From: an uncultured Nitrososphaerota archaeon
GTDB lineage: Archaea > Asgardarchaeota > Njordarchaeia > Njordarchaeales > Panguiarchaeaceae
Assembly: GCA_964636085.1 (NCBI GenBank)
Contig: CAZWPQ010000011.1
Span: forward strand, 1-23,937
Direction of reading: 5' to 3'
DNA length: 23,937 nucleotides
The stretch's first letter is position 1, and each line of letters opens with the position of its first letter. The notes beneath the pieces are model-generated. The model saw only the letters and a program-made list of their open reading frames with translations. It searched no databases and was not told the DNA's origin. Made by a program: the position numbers and the translations under genes. Of this stretch, positions 15,059-23,937 are shown piece after piece.

Positions 15059-16867
15059 TCATGCAACTGTCACAGATTTAGCTAAGTTTCTGGGTCTATC
15101 TGGATCGAATCCCCTCAAAACAGCAGTATGATAGGCGAGCAGTTGTAATGGTGGCACATAAAGAATTGGGGATAGATCAATATGTATGGGGGGTATGCCG
15201 ATGCTAACGTCGGCTATTGACGCGATTTTTTGATCGTTCTCTTCATGTAAACAAATGATGAAGCCTCCGCGTGATTTCATCTCTTGAATACTAGTAACCA
15301 TATTGTCATAGTTTTCGTCGTTTAGTATGACTTCAATAACGGGAAAACCTTTTTCTATTAAGGCTATAGGACCATGTTTACTTTCACCAGCTGGATAAGA
15401 CTCGGCATGTATATAGGAGATCTCTTTCATTTTTAGGGCTCCTTCTAGTGCTATTGGAAAGCCCAATCCTCTGCCTAGGTAAAATGCGTTTTGTTTGTTT
15501 TTCATTCTTTGTGCCAATTCTTTGGTTATATCACTCACGCATGGTAAAAATTTCCTTAATCTGTCTGGAGAATTCTTTAATTCGCTAATAACACCGGTAT
15601 AATCTCTCCCCGATAGTCTCAAATACTCGCTCAGCAGTAAAATAAGGCTGGCAACTTGACATAGGAAAGTTTTAGTTGCGGCGACGCCTATTTCGGGACC
15701 TGCACCCATAACTATTGCTACATCACTAAGTCTCATGAGGGTGCTCTCGACAACATTTACGAGTCCGATGATCTTTCCATTTCTGCGTTTAGCATATTTG
15801 GCCGCATGGATTGTGTCAAAAGTTTCTCCTGATTGGGATATTGCGAGAACAACGGCATTTTTGTCGATGAGTTTCCCGGCGAGGGATATAAATTCAGAAG
15901 ATATAATTGCGGTTGCTTTGATGCCATACTTAGCGAATAAGTATTGGCCATAAAGAGAAGCATAATAGGATGTCCCAGCGGCTATAATATACAGATTATC
16001 GCAGTTGGATATCAGATCTACAGCACCTTTAAGTTGTTTTGGGACAGTCATGATAGTCCTCGATAAAGCGTCTGGTTGTTCAAAAATTTCTTTTAACATA
16101 AAATGTGGATAGCCGCCTTTTTTTGCCTGTTGGGCAGACCAAGGTATTGTTAGAATGTGTGGGGGGGTGTAATGAGGTATTTTTATATTGTATATAACCC
16201 AACTATTGGGCTCCACATAGCCATAGTCCCCATCCTCTAGGATAATGGCCTTGTTTGTCCACTCAAGGAATGCGGGGATATCGCTGGCTAAATAAACTTC
16301 ATCATCTGATATACCCAATATTAATGGCTGCCCATTTTTAGCAAAGTATAGCCTCTTGTCATTGTATGAAGTTAACACAACAAAAGCATATGTTCCGCAT
16401 AATTTTTCGAGAGTTTTAGCCATCGCTAAATTCATGTCGCCTGTTTTATTCAGATAGTGTTCTATCAAATGGGGAATAACCTCTGTATCTGTATTGGACT
16501 TAAATATGTGTCCTTCTCTGACCAGCCATTCTCTTAGTTCTAAATAGTTTTCGATGATACCATTATGCACAACTGCAATCCTGTTAGAGCAGTCCGTATG
16601 GGGATGAGCATTCCAGTCAGTTACTGCTCCATGAGTAGCCCACCTAGTATGAGCTATGCCTATATGACTGTTCAGTGTGTTTATTTTGTATCTCTCAACG
16701 AATTCATCGATTTTTCCTTTGGATTTATATACGCGTATACTGTTGTGGTTGTAAATTGCTATGCCACATGAGTCATATCCTCTATATTCAAGATTCTTCA
16801 ACATTTTGATGAGTCGTGATACTATGTTCTGGAATTTTTTAGATATTATGCCTGCAATTCCGCACAT
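15059..16867 (-). CDS. glmS: Glutamine--fructose-6-phosphate aminotransferase (isomerizing)
   Basis: The true N-terminus is MCGIAG (catalytic Cys) at ATG 16867. Motifs LEYRGYDS.G, HTRWATHG, NAHPH, HNGIIEN, SQSGET, ATKT, EGALKMKE and PRNLAKSVTV. Confidence 0.97.
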   Translation of the reverse strand: MCGIAGIISKKFQNIVSRLIKMLKNLEYRGYDSCGIAIYNHNSIRVYKSKGKIDEFVERYKINTLNSHIGIAHTRWATHGAVTDWNAHPHTDCSNRIAVVHNGIIENYLELREWLVREGHIFKSNTDTEVIPHLIEHYLNKTGDMNLAMAKTLEKLCGTYAFVVLTSYNDKRLYFAKNGQPLILGISDDEVYLASDIPAFLEWTNKAIILEDGDYGYVEPNSWVIYNIKIPHYTPPHILTIPWSAQQAKKGGYPHFMLKEIFEQPDALSRTIMTVPKQLKGAVDLISNCDNLYIIAAGTSYYASLYGQYLFAKYGIKATAIISSEFISLAGKLIDKNAVVLAISQSGETFDTIHAAKYAKRRNGKIIGLVNVVESTLMRLSDVAIVMGAGPEIGVAATKTFLCQVASLILLLSEYLRLSGRDYTGVISELKNSPDRLRKFLPCVSDITKELAQRMKNKQNAFYLGRGLGFPIALEGALKMKEISYIHAESYPAGESKHGPIALIEKGFPVIEVILNDENYDNMVTSIQEMKSRGGFIICLHEENDQKIASIADVSIGIPPIHIDLSPILYVPPLQLLAYHTAVLRGFDPDRPRNLAKSVTVA

Positions 16868-16951
16868 TAGTCCATCCCAACTTGGTGCCGAAAGACTATC
16901 CAACAAATATAGTTTTAAAATTAATTAGTTATGACATAGATGGTGGTTTGT

Positions 16952-17155
16952 ATGGAAGAGACGGTAGAGATTAAGATACCAAAGTCGCTCTATGATAAAA
17001 TTAAGGATGAGGTAAGTAAAAGCAATGATTTTAAATCGGTGGAGGAGTATGTTATTTTTGTCCTAGAGAGCGCTTTGGAAGAAACAGAAGAGGTTTATTC
17101 TCCAGAAGAGGAAGAGAAAGTAAAAGAACGACTTAGGGCTCTAGGATATCTATAA
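16952..17155 (+). CDS. Small CopG/ribbon-helix-helix protein with a C-terminal KERLRALGYL motif
   Basis: VEIKIPKSLYDKIK (ribbon-helix), FKSVEEYVIFVL and EEEEKVKERLRALGYL. SD GGTGG at 16942-16946. Confidence 0.8.
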   Translation: MEETVEIKIPKSLYDKIKDEVSKSNDFKSVEEYVIFVLESALEETEEVYSPEEEEKVKERLRALGYL

Positions 17156-17185
17156 GTGATATCAAAGGTTTTTGGAGAGAATAAC

Positions 17186-18970
17186 ATGCCGGGGGTCGGT
17201 GGAATCTTTGGTTTTTTTTCCAAAAATGGCGTCCCGAATAATTTTATAAAGGTAGCCGCTGAGACTTTGAGTCTATTTGGGAGGGATGGATACGGGATTG
17301 GATATAACGAAGAAAATGGGATAGTGGTCAAGAAATACCTCGACCTAAAGAGCTTTATGGAATCTATGAGCGACTTGAATATATCATACGCTGTGATTGG
17401 ACTATGTAGATATGCTGTATATGGTAGGCCAGCTAAAAATAATACCCCTCCACATATAGATTGTAAAGGTAAGATAACTGTCGTCGCGAGGGGCATATTG
17501 CAAAATCAAGCGCAGTTAATAGAATCATTAATGAAAAAAGGACATCTTCTCGAGGGAAAAGATTTAGCCAGTGTCATTGTGCATTATTTGGAGGAGTCCC
17601 TTGGTACCCACGGGGATATGGAGGGGAGTGTACAAAAGCTTTATAGTGAATTAGAAGGGATGTATTCGGCATTGATTTTGGATAGGAGCAATAATGGATA
17701 TCTCATATCGAGGGGGTTATGTGAATATATTGGAATCGGCGCCGATAATGTGGCTGTATGCTCCGAATACGATGTGCTCTTGGAATATTCAAAAAATGTT
17801 AAGAAAATAAAAGACGGGGTAATCGCGATCAGAAAAACGCAGGTTTACCCATTACTTTCTGAGCCCCAAAAAATAGGTGCGGTTAGGAAAAAAGTTCCAG
17901 GGGGCTATGAATATTTTATGGAGCGGGAAATGGAGGAGATACCATGGGTGCTTGAGTTTCAGAATATAGTACAGAAAAGCATGTATGTTGAGCTTGCAAC
18001 GAAACTAATAAAAAATGCTGGACGAGTATATATGATAGGCTCAGGCTCCTCATTTAACGCAACGCTATATGGTGCATACGCCATAAATGAATTATCGGAT
18101 GTAGAGCCAATTGCACAGAATGCAACTGAGTTCATATATTTTATGCTGAAAAGGGTTAGAGCGGGGGATGTAATTATAGCGAATTCCCAAAGCGGAAAAT
18201 CTAGTGATGTTCTACGCGCGGTGTCAAAATCTAGGCTAAGGGGGGCCCTCATTGTGGGAGTGTTGAACTTGTTAGGGTCGCCATTGATGTTTGCGTCAAA
18301 TGTATATATACCAATAGCTGCTGGCATCGAGAATGCTATACCTGCCACGAAGACATTTGTAGCCCAATTATATACCTTTGCGAAGATAGCATTGAAATTA
18401 TCAGAGTGCGAGGGATCAGGCGAACTAATGAATATAAATGAAGCTCTCTATAAGCTACCTAAGTTGGCGGAAAAAGTGTTAGAAGATAGCAAGATTGTTG
18501 CGAAAAAATTTGCTGAGTATGTATCAAATGTCAACAGCATCTTTGTTCTGGGTAGGGGAATAAGCTTTCCAATAGCCCTCGAGGGAGCATTAAAATTAAA
18601 GGAAGTGGCCCAGATACATGCCGAAGGGATAGATGCAGGGGAATTTAGGCATGGTTCAAAAACGCTCTTGGGGGATAACTGTCCTGTAATAGTCATGGTT
18701 CCTCAGGAACTTGAGGCGAGAGAAGATACATATTCGTTGATTGATGAAATAAAAGACGTCAGTAGTATATTAATAGTGACTTGCGATACAGATCCATTTG
18801 CGGATAAATTTTCGAGATTTATTGTGAAGATCCCCACAATACCCGAATTGCTTGCTCCAATACTATATATTCTAGTACTGCAAAGACTCGCTCTGTATCT
18901 CGGAATAATCAAAGGTAGATCCATAGACCAACCACCAATGCTTAGAAAGTATGTAGTCCTGACAAGATAA
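17186..18970 (+). CDS. GlmS paralogue with a degenerate glutaminase domain and an intact double SIS domain
   Basis: The N-terminus MPGVGGIFG lacks Cys1; LCRYAVYG replaces HTRWATHG and VARG replaces HNG. SIS motifs SGSS, SQSG, ATKT and ALEGALKLKE are retained. ATG 17186 follows GGAG; GTG 17156 is an alternative start. Confidence 0.85.
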   Translation: MPGVGGIFGFFSKNGVPNNFIKVAAETLSLFGRDGYGIGYNEENGIVVKKYLDLKSFMESMSDLNISYAVIGLCRYAVYGRPAKNNTPPHIDCKGKITVVARGILQNQAQLIESLMKKGHLLEGKDLASVIVHYLEESLGTHGDMEGSVQKLYSELEGMYSALILDRSNNGYLISRGLCEYIGIGADNVAVCSEYDVLLEYSKNVKKIKDGVIAIRKTQVYPLLSEPQKIGAVRKKVPGGYEYFMEREMEEIPWVLEFQNIVQKSMYVELATKLIKNAGRVYMIGSGSSFNATLYGAYAINELSDVEPIAQNATEFIYFMLKRVRAGDVIIANSQSGKSSDVLRAVSKSRLRGALIVGVLNLLGSPLMFASNVYIPIAAGIENAIPATKTFVAQLYTFAKIALKLSECEGSGELMNINEALYKLPKLAEKVLEDSKIVAKKFAEYVSNVNSIFVLGRGISFPIALEGALKLKEVAQIHAEGIDAGEFRHGSKTLLGDNCPVIVMVPQELEAREDTYSLIDEIKDVSSILIVTCDTDPFADKFSRFIVKIPTIPELLAPILYILVLQRLALYLGIIKGRSIDQPPMLRKYVVLTR

Positions 18971-18988
18971 AAATCGATTAAGTTTTCG

Positions 18989-19813
18989 CTATGTGCTTCG
19001 TACAAGAAGAGCAAGGATTTCCAAAATCAACTGTATTAAACATTTTCCACAGATAAATCCTAAATCTATCTTAGGGATATATTCCACAATGTCAATGTAT
19101 CTCGACTTAGTACTTTCCAACATATTGACTAGTTGTACAAACTCTGAGAAGTCCACCCCGAGGACTTCTGGTACACGGACCGCCCAGAAGCTATTTGGGT
19201 TGAAGAAATCAAGGTCTATTGAAACTGCATCATTCATAGAAAGTTCTTCCAGAATTACCTCATGGCTTACTGGCCAGTCATATACTTTGATGTTCTTTTT
19301 CTGGACAAATTCTAATTCTCGTTTAAGTGTTGAATAGCCCCTAAAACCGATTATCCTGACAGATATTTTGGGAAGCTCGGATATAATTCTCCTAATTACG
19401 CATCCGTGATGAAAGGTATTATTATCTAGTACCTCAGAGTCTAAATGAGCGTCAAAGATCGCAATGGAGGTTAGCTCGGTATCTCTAATACCATAATAAG
19501 TCGTGGTGTGGTCACCACCAACAACAATTACTCTGGCATTTTGTCTTAGAACACTACTAACAATGGATGATAGTTTGTCGGGGGGATAATCTCCAAGATC
19601 CACGATATCGTAATTTTCAAGTTCATATCGAATGTGTAGATTATGGGTATCATACTCTCTGGAGAGCTTCCTAAGAACCCGTGCTGCGGCTATTTGATCA
19701 TAGCAGGGATGTATACTCTTAGAAACACATAGGGAGCCTATAATTGCTATTGTATCCCTTGTGACATGTCTATATGATACACGGGGAAAACCAAAGAAAG
19801 AGTATTTAGTCAC
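18989..19813 (-). CDS. Ureohydrolase (agmatinase/arginase family)
   Basis: GGDHT, FDAHLD, HG, SIDLD..NP and DIVEY give the full binuclear metal ligand set. The N-terminus is divergent. Confidence 0.85.
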   Translation of the reverse strand: MTKYSFFGFPRVSYRHVTRDTIAIIGSLCVSKSIHPCYDQIAAARVLRKLSREYDTHNLHIRYELENYDIVDLGDYPPDKLSSIVSSVLRQNARVIVVGGDHTTTYYGIRDTELTSIAIFDAHLDSEVLDNNTFHHGCVIRRIISELPKISVRIIGFRGYSTLKRELEFVQKKNIKVYDWPVSHEVILEELSMNDAVSIDLDFFNPNSFWAVRVPEVLGVDFSEFVQLVNMLESTKSRYIDIVEYIPKIDLGFICGKCLIQLILEILALLVRST

Positions 19814-19825
19814 TAGGGATGACCA

Positions 19826-21730
19826 CTATCGCTTAGAAACTTTGGAAATAGCTTTTACGGGGCAAATATCCATACAAACGCCACATCCAGTACAAATGTC
19901 TTGTCTAATATAGGGCTTCATTATGTCTTTATCTAGGAAAATAGCTGGGCAGTTAAGCTCTCTATAGCATTGGCCACAATTAACACATTTGCTTTGATCA
20001 ATCTGATATTTGCCTCCTTTTCCAGTCACTTTCTTTGTTCGTAGGCTATAGAGTGCACATGGTGATTTAGAGACGATAAGTACGCTCTTACCATTATTTA
20101 TGTACTCCCTTATTGCCTCTCGTAACTTGTTTATAGCTCCTTTTACATCCATGACTGGGTCAATGGTGGCGACAAATTCGACCCCTATAGCGCGCCCTAT
20201 TCCTTCAATATCTATAACGGTGGCTGGCTCTAGTGTTCCCGTGAATCCAGACGCAGGGTTTGCTTGGAAGCCTGTCATGGCGGTTATGGAGTTGTCCAAG
20301 ACGACAAGGAAGAACTTGTGCTTATTGTAGACAGCATTAATGAGTGCTGGGATGCCTGCATGATAGAATGTTGAATCTCCAATAAATGCGATTATTGGTT
20401 GTTCTGTTACACAAGCAAGTCCGTTAGATGTGCCCACAGAACTACCCATGCACAACAATAAGTCGCCCATTTTATAAGGAGGGTTTATTCCAAGGGTGTA
20501 ACATCCAATATCTGTTGGATATATGGCTCTTTCTGGATTAATTTTTTCGAGTCTTAGTGCGGTTTTGACCGCATAGTATGTGGCTCTGTGGGGGCATCCT
20601 GGACAGAATACTGGCGGCCTTTTAGGGATCTTTATTTCGATCTGCTTTTGTGGAATACTAACATATTCTCTAATTCCCAATAATTTGGCTATTGCGTTCT
20701 CAACAATATCCAGTGATAGCTCGGAGTATTTGGGTAACAGATCCTTTCCATGAATCTTTATGTTTAGGGAGGCATCCATGGCTATTGCCTTGATTTCTCT
20801 CTCCATTATAGGATCTACTTCCTCCGCAATAAGGACTACGTCTAGGTCTTCAAGAAACTTTGTAATTTTCTTCGTCGGTAGAGGGTGAGAGAAGCCTAAT
20901 TTTAGTATTTTCGCCGAAATGCCTAGATGTTCAATGGCCTCTGCACAATAGAGATATGCAGCGCCAGAGGAAATTATGCCGAAACGGCCAATTGTAGTAT
21001 CTTTTCCTGAATAAAATCTTTCCAGATTAAGTTCACTTTTTTCCGATAGCTCCCTAGCCTTTTCAATTCTCTCAAGAAGCCATCTGTGGTTTCTCCTAGC
21101 ATTGGCGGGAACCACGACGTATCTGGGGGGGTTCTTTTCAAATATTCCTTTGGTTTTACCATCTATGACCTCGTCAAATTCTACGATACTACGCATATGG
21201 GCGACCCTAGTAGTAGTTCTGATCATAACAGGTATATGTACCTCCTCAGAGATTTCGAAGGCAATTTTAGTAAATTCTTTTGCCTCACTAGGTGTTGATG
21301 GTTCTAACATTACGAGATTAAAAAGCCTTGCATACCAACGATTATCCTGCTCGTTCTGCGAACTCCAGCAGTTAGGATCATCGGCACTAACGAATACAAA
21401 TCCAGCGTTTGTTCCTATGTATGCAGATGTGGCTATTGCGTCGGCGGCAACATTTATCCCCACGTGCTTTGCAGCTGTGAAGCTTCTCACACCTGCCAAG
21501 CACGCTGCGAATGCGGATTCGTATGCTACTTTCTCGTTGGTACTTATCTCGGCATGGAATTTTAATTTGCCTACTCGTTTAGCTTCGAGAAGTGTATCCA
21601 TGATTTCAGAGGATGGTGTTCCTGGATATGCGGCTGCGAATCCAATTCCGGCCTCTAGTAGGCCTCTGGCAATAGCCTCATTGCCCAAGAGGAATTTTTT
21701 TTCTCCGGCAGGGCCAAGTATCGACGCCAT
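19826..21730 (-). CDS. iorA: Indolepyruvate:ferredoxin oxidoreductase alpha subunit
   Basis: LGNEAIARG, YPGTPSSE, NEKVA, KHVG.NVAAD, SQNEQD.R, FCPGCPHR, DIGCY, TPP motif GDSTF.H.G...DN, and a C-terminal ferredoxin domain. Confidence 0.95.
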   Translation of the reverse strand: MASILGPAGEKKFLLGNEAIARGLLEAGIGFAAAYPGTPSSEIMDTLLEAKRVGKLKFHAEISTNEKVAYESAFAACLAGVRSFTAAKHVGINVAADAIATSAYIGTNAGFVFVSADDPNCWSSQNEQDNRWYARLFNLVMLEPSTPSEAKEFTKIAFEISEEVHIPVMIRTTTRVAHMRSIVEFDEVIDGKTKGIFEKNPPRYVVVPANARRNHRWLLERIEKARELSEKSELNLERFYSGKDTTIGRFGIISSGAAYLYCAEAIEHLGISAKILKLGFSHPLPTKKITKFLEDLDVVLIAEEVDPIMEREIKAIAMDASLNIKIHGKDLLPKYSELSLDIVENAIAKLLGIREYVSIPQKQIEIKIPKRPPVFCPGCPHRATYYAVKTALRLEKINPERAIYPTDIGCYTLGINPPYKMGDLLLCMGSSVGTSNGLACVTEQPIIAFIGDSTFYHAGIPALINAVYNKHKFFLVVLDNSITAMTGFQANPASGFTGTLEPATVIDIEGIGRAIGVEFVATIDPVMDVKGAINKLREAIREYINNGKSVLIVSKSPCALYSLRTKKVTGKGGKYQIDQSKCVNCGQCYRELNCPAIFLDKDIMKPYIRQDICTGCGVCMDICPVKAISKVSKR

Positions 21731-21855
21731 ATATAATCCCTCATAAGTCCAGAAATTTTTTGATAAAATAGCAAAAATATTAACAATTGTTGGGCTTTTA
21801 TACTATGTATTATGGCTTAGTTGGAAATCTTGAGTAAGAAAGGTGGTGGCGGGCG

Positions 21856-23214
21856 GTGGAATACGATGTTGTTATTGTTGGTAGTGGGCCTGCAAGTATT
21901 TTTTGTGCACTCGAATTGACTTATCACGCTAAGGATAAGCTGAGGGTAGCTATAATAGAGCAAGGTAGGTCCCTCGAGGAAAGGATCAAGGATAAGGACA
22001 TTCTGAGGGGATGGGGTGGTGCAGGACTTTTTGCGGATGGAAAGATAACCTTATCTACAGAGATAGGGGGGTGGTTAGGGAGTATAATTGATACTAGGAG
22101 GCTTAAAAAATTGATAGAGTATGTGGATAAGATATGGGAAAAACTGAGTCCGGAGTCTAGATGTATAGGTTATGATGTCGACGCCGTTGAGGGTATTATG
22201 AGTAGGGCAAGGAGAGTACATATACGGCTTGTTCCTTATAGGGTTAGGCATATAGGCTCTGACAATACATTGCTAGCATTGAAGAGAGCGTGGGACATAT
22301 TAAGTGAATGGATTGATATATATTTCGAGAAGAGGGCTGAGAGAATTAATTATAGTAACAAAGAAGGCGGGATCTCGATTAAAACAAATGATGGGGATGT
22401 ATTTAGAGCTAAGTATTTGGTTTTGGCTCCAGGTAGGGTGGGTGCTGACTGGCTTTTAAAGGAGCTAAGGAGACTCAATGTTAGGCTGACTATTAACCCT
22501 GTAGACATAGGTGTTAGGGTGGAAACAATTCATGAAACATTGGCCGAGATAACAGATGTTTTGTATGATCCAAAATTTATCTATAATGCCCCCACATATG
22601 ATGATGTTGTCAGGACATTTTGTGTGAATCCTAGGGGATATGTAATTAAAGAGATTTACGAGGATGTTATAACGACTAATGGTCATTCCTACGAAAATAA
22701 GAAAAGCCCGAATACGAATTTTGCTGTTTTGGTCAGCAGCTATTTCACAGAGCCATTTAAGGATCCAATAGCCTATGGTAAACACATTGCCAGACTTGCC
22801 AATCTTTTATCTGGAGGTTCGGTTCTTGTGCAAAGGCTTGGGGATCTCAAAAGAGGTAGGAGATCCACACGGGATCGTATAGCTCGATCAATCGTTGAAC
22901 CGACGCTTGAGGATGCTGTGCCGGGGGATATATCGTTCGTGCTCCCACATAGGCATCTAGTAAGTATATTGGAGCTCTTAGAGGCATTAGATAAAATTGC
23001 GCCTGGAATATATTCCGATGATACACTATTATATACGGTCGAGGTGAAATTTTACTCTTCCCGGGTGGACGTAAATGAGGATCTCGAGATAAGAGGGCTT
23101 AAAAACATATATGCTTGTGGGGATGGCGCAGGAATAACAAGAGGGTTGGCTCAATCATCCGTTTCGGGAGTAATAGTTGCCAGATCAATATTAGCAAAGG
23201 AGGGGTTAATCTAA
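21856..23214 (+). CDS. NAD(P)/FAD-dependent oxidoreductase (COG2509-like)
   Basis: VIVGSGPA, GWGGAG.F.DGK, HIGSD, APGR.G, DIGVRVE, VRTFC.NP.G, NGHS, EVKFYS and GDGAG.TRGL. SD GGTGG precedes the GTG. Confidence 0.9.
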   Translation: MEYDVVIVGSGPASIFCALELTYHAKDKLRVAIIEQGRSLEERIKDKDILRGWGGAGLFADGKITLSTEIGGWLGSIIDTRRLKKLIEYVDKIWEKLSPESRCIGYDVDAVEGIMSRARRVHIRLVPYRVRHIGSDNTLLALKRAWDILSEWIDIYFEKRAERINYSNKEGGISIKTNDGDVFRAKYLVLAPGRVGADWLLKELRRLNVRLTINPVDIGVRVETIHETLAEITDVLYDPKFIYNAPTYDDVVRTFCVNPRGYVIKEIYEDVITTNGHSYENKKSPNTNFAVLVSSYFTEPFKDPIAYGKHIARLANLLSGGSVLVQRLGDLKRGRRSTRDRIARSIVEPTLEDAVPGDISFVLPHRHLVSILELLEALDKIAPGIYSDDTLLYTVEVKFYSSRVDVNEDLEIRGLKNIYACGDGAGITRGLAQSSVSGVIVARSILAKEGLI

Positions 23215-23215
23215 A

Positions 23216-23527
23216 TTGGGAGAATCTGACGACTCGGCATGGGTGCTTGTGGGAAGGATCTCGTATGCTAGACTCGATGAAATGATAGTAGCTGTAGAGA
23301 CATATCTTAAGCACCAGTTTGGGGGCATAGAAGTCATCAAGGAAGAGGCTGGTGTTATGTTTAAAATCCGTGAGGTTCCTGTAGTAAGGGTTGTGGTTGA
23401 GCGATCTGAGGATAAATTCGCAAGTACTCTAACAGATATTCATGTGAATAATAGATTGGAGGATTGGCAGAAAAACTCGATAATAAACTTTATACAGGTT
23501 CTTGTAGTGAGACTTGGGTGGGGCTAA
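23216..23527 (+). CDS. Hypothetical protein (103 aa)
   Basis: TTG starts 1 nt after the oxidoreductase stop, preceded by GGAGGGG. The composition is protein-like and the 3' end overlaps iorB by 38 nt. Confidence 0.6.
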   Translation: MGESDDSAWVLVGRISYARLDEMIVAVETYLKHQFGGIEVIKEEAGVMFKIREVPVVRVVVERSEDKFASTLTDIHVNNRLEDWQKNSIINFIQVLVVRLGWG

Positions 23528-23936
23528 GTAAGTCTTTCATAATTTTTTGGCCTTCTTCGAATGCCTTAATGTTTAGTTCAAGTATTCTCGGTTTTCTGGA
23601 GAATTCTTCTTTTATAGCGTCTCTAAAGCAGTTCTCGGGTATAATGTGTTTCATTATTTTTGATGTCATTCCAAACAGTACTGTATTCTGAAGTCGTGGG
23701 TCACCATATTTTTCGGCTATGGATAGAGCATTACAGACGTAGACTTTCGTAGTGGACTTATTGAGATATTCAAGTAGATCGTTTATTGGGGGGTAATCTT
23801 CGATACCTATTGCTACAGTTGGGGGGTGAATTATGTTAGAATTCAGGATGACAACGGTTTTTTCTCCAAGCACATCACAGGCTCGGATAGCCTCGACTGG
23901 CTCGAGGGCTACAAGTAGATCTGCGCCACCCCTAGG
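23490..23936 (-). CDS. iorB: Indolepyruvate:ferredoxin oxidoreductase beta subunit (5' end outside the window)
   Basis: The frame stays open to the window edge: PRGGADLLVALEPVEAIRA...VILN...P.TV..G..YP...A..IA...G..R..N.V.FG...N.KAFE.G. Confidence 0.88.
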   Translation of the reverse strand, partial: PRGGADLLVALEPVEAIRACDVLGEKTVVILNSNIIHPPTVAIGIEDYPPINDLLEYLNKSTTKVYVCNALSIAEKYGDPRLQNTVLFGMTSKIMKHIIPENCFRDAIKEEFSRKPRILELNIKAFEEGQKIMKDLLSPTQVSLQEPV

Positions 23937-23937
23937 T

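Noticed and set aside
16868-16951. GlmS N-terminal extension from the ORF track, or a glmS ribozyme
   Set aside because: GlmS needs Cys at its N-terminus, so the start is 16867. The spacer is short and AT-rich with no ribozyme-like structure.
21102-21746. 214-aa plus-strand ORF
   Set aside because: Antisense shadow of the conserved iorA N-terminus.
1-23937. CRISPR arrays, transposases, integrases, tRNA/rRNA, and Sec/Pyl readthrough or frameshifts
   Set aside because: No repeats or such genes were seen. All recognised proteins appear full-length at their annotated stops.

Overview
Gene-dense archaeal chromosomal window with low GC, GGTGA/GGGGG-type Shine-Dalgarno sites and TTTA[AT]A TATA boxes. 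There are no mobile elements, CRISPR arrays, tRNAs or rRNAs. The housekeeping content is nop5 (Nop56/58), an archaeal endonuclease IV with a very basic N-terminal tail, fibrillarin, a stand-alone secY/Sec61alpha, rtcA, a putative serine-assimilation set (serA-like, serK-like, class V aminotransferase), deoxyhypusine synthase, a DUF1610 zinc finger, a divergent glmS / Cys-less glmS-paralogue pair with a small RHH gene, a ureohydrolase, a split iorB/iorA and an FAD oxidoreductase. Three otherwise hypothetical ORFs align by eye with eukaryotic proteins: Arp2/3 subunit ARPC4 (2783-3244, with a Cys-rich insert), OST subunit OSTC/DC2 (7899-8369) and PAT-complex subunit CCDC47 (12899-13636). Together these point to an Asgard-type archaeon. 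A complete box C/D sRNA, not in the ORF track, lies on the minus strand just downstream of nop5 (about 1533-1591). All homology calls are by-eye comparisons with remembered family sequences; no searches were run.
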